From Opitutales bacterium (GTDB taxonomy: Bacteria; Verrucomicrobiota; Verrucomicrobiia; Opitutales; UBA2987): a stretch of DNA of 64,000 nt. Of the stretch, positions 63,099 through 64,000 are shown in pieces (positions within the stretch are counted from its first letter, which is position 1; every line of letters begins with the position of its first letter). Below the pieces are notes generated by a model, which did no database searches, had not been told where the DNA came from, and saw nothing but the letters and a program-made list of their open reading frames with translations. The position numbers and the translations under genes were made by a program. Location: contig CBDDEL010000016.1 of the NCBI GenBank assembly GCA_965226885.1, positions 832,001 to 896,000 of the forward strand. Direction: 5' to 3'.

Positions 63099-64000
63099 TT
63101 ACTGGTAGCGCAATGCATCCATGGGCTGCACTTTGGTAGCGCGCCAAGCGGGCAGATAACAGGCCAGCAAAGCTACAATGGCCAGACAAACAATCACCGC
63201 AACGAAGGTCGGCAGGTCGTTGGGTTTTACCCCGTAGAGCAGGTATTTCAGCATGTTGGCCAACGCGAAAGCCATCGGTATGCCAATCGCCAACCCGGTA
63301 AAAACTTGTATCGCCCCCTGTTTCAGGATCAGGTTGAGTATGCTCTTGTTCTTTGCTCCCAATGCCATGCGGATACCGATTTCCCTCGTCCTCTGAGTGA
63401 CGGAGAAGGACATGACTCCGTAAATGCCGACCGAGGCCAGGAAAAGGGCCATGATCCCAAAGATGCTGAATAACCCGGCAATGAGGCGGTAGAAATAGCT
63501 CGAATCGTAAAAATACTCATTCATCGATTTGGCGAAATAGATCGGCAGGTGAGGGTCTATGGCCTGCACTTGCTGGCGCACTTTGGAAATGGCCGCCTTG
63601 GGGTCGCCGTAGGTGCGCACGATCAAGGTTGCAAAGCCCAGTTCCTCCTCCTGCCAGAAGGGCTCCAGGAGAATGTCATCGACACCCGACCGCAGATGGC
63701 TGTCGTGCCCGGTGATTTTGAAATCTTTGACCACCCCGACAATCTTGAGCCATTGGTCATTCATGTCATGCTCAATGCCATGTAGCTTCTCGCCATATTT
63801 TAAGCGCTTTCCGATGGCGCTTTGTCCGGGCCACATTTTTTTGGCAAAGCTCTCGTTGACAATGGCCACCTTCTCCTTTTCATCCAGAAGGCAGAAAAAT
63901 TTTCCTTCCACCAATGGAATATTCAGTGCTGTCAGGAAACTGGCGGAAACCGAAGTTTGCACCACTGTATCCAAATCCTCATCCGGGGCGTATTCTTTTC
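63099..64000 (-). CDS. ABC transporter permease (MacB/FtsX, ADOP-like), 5' part outside window
   Basis: AIVNESFAK, IVGVVKD, GIYGVMSFSVTQRTREIGIRMALGA, PAWRATKVQPMDALRY. Confidence 0.92.
   Translation of the reverse strand, partial: KEYAPDEDLDTVVQTSVSASFLTALNIPLVEGKFFCLLDEKEKVAIVNESFAKKMWPGQSAIGKRLKYGEKLHGIEHDMNDQWLKIVGVVKDFKITGHDSHLRSGVDDILLEPFWQEEELGFATLIVRTYGDPKAAISKVRQQVQAIDPHLPIYFAKSMNEYFYDSSYFYRLIAGLFSIFGIMALFLASVGIYGVMSFSVTQRTREIGIRMALGAKNKSILNLILKQGAIQVFTGLAIGIPMAFALANMLKYLLYGVKPNDLPTFVAVIVCLAIVALLACYLPAWRATKVQPMDALRYQ

Overview
Bacterial chromosomal segment, probably Verrucomicrobiota/Opitutales-like (inferred from protein styles, not from a search). Left part (about 3.1-39.6 kb): 17 insertion-sequence copies from the IS3 (two types), IS21, IS1380, IS1, IS630 and IS5/ISNCY-like families cover roughly 70% of the interval by my junction coordinates. 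Many are nested in or stacked against each other. They interrupt an S9 peptidase, a subtilase (split into five pieces over 11.7 kb) and a conserved hypothetical gene, while aroC sits intact in the middle. The left end also carries an RND efflux pair, a globin and a receiver/CheC/PAS-kinase operon. Right part (39.6-64 kb) has no recognisable IS: MatB-like acyl-CoA synthetase, an intact 1272-aa subtilase, Ldh_2 dehydrogenase (frameshifted), isoaspartyl peptidase, AhpD-like protein, HAD and nucleoside hydrolases, tRNA-Pro, LysM protein, an ACP-dehydratase fusion/ketosynthase/two-glycosyltransferase cluster, dinJ-yafQ, sulfatase, OppA, DUF885 and an ABC permease. Most unusual signals: at least 13 perfect 6-21 bp tandem micro-duplications (several demonstrably derived), self-targeting IS1380 with a triplicated and apparently structured 173-bp 3' end, head-to-tail IS dimers sharing one target duplication, and the candidate glycolipid cluster. 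No CRISPR, prophage or integrase was seen.
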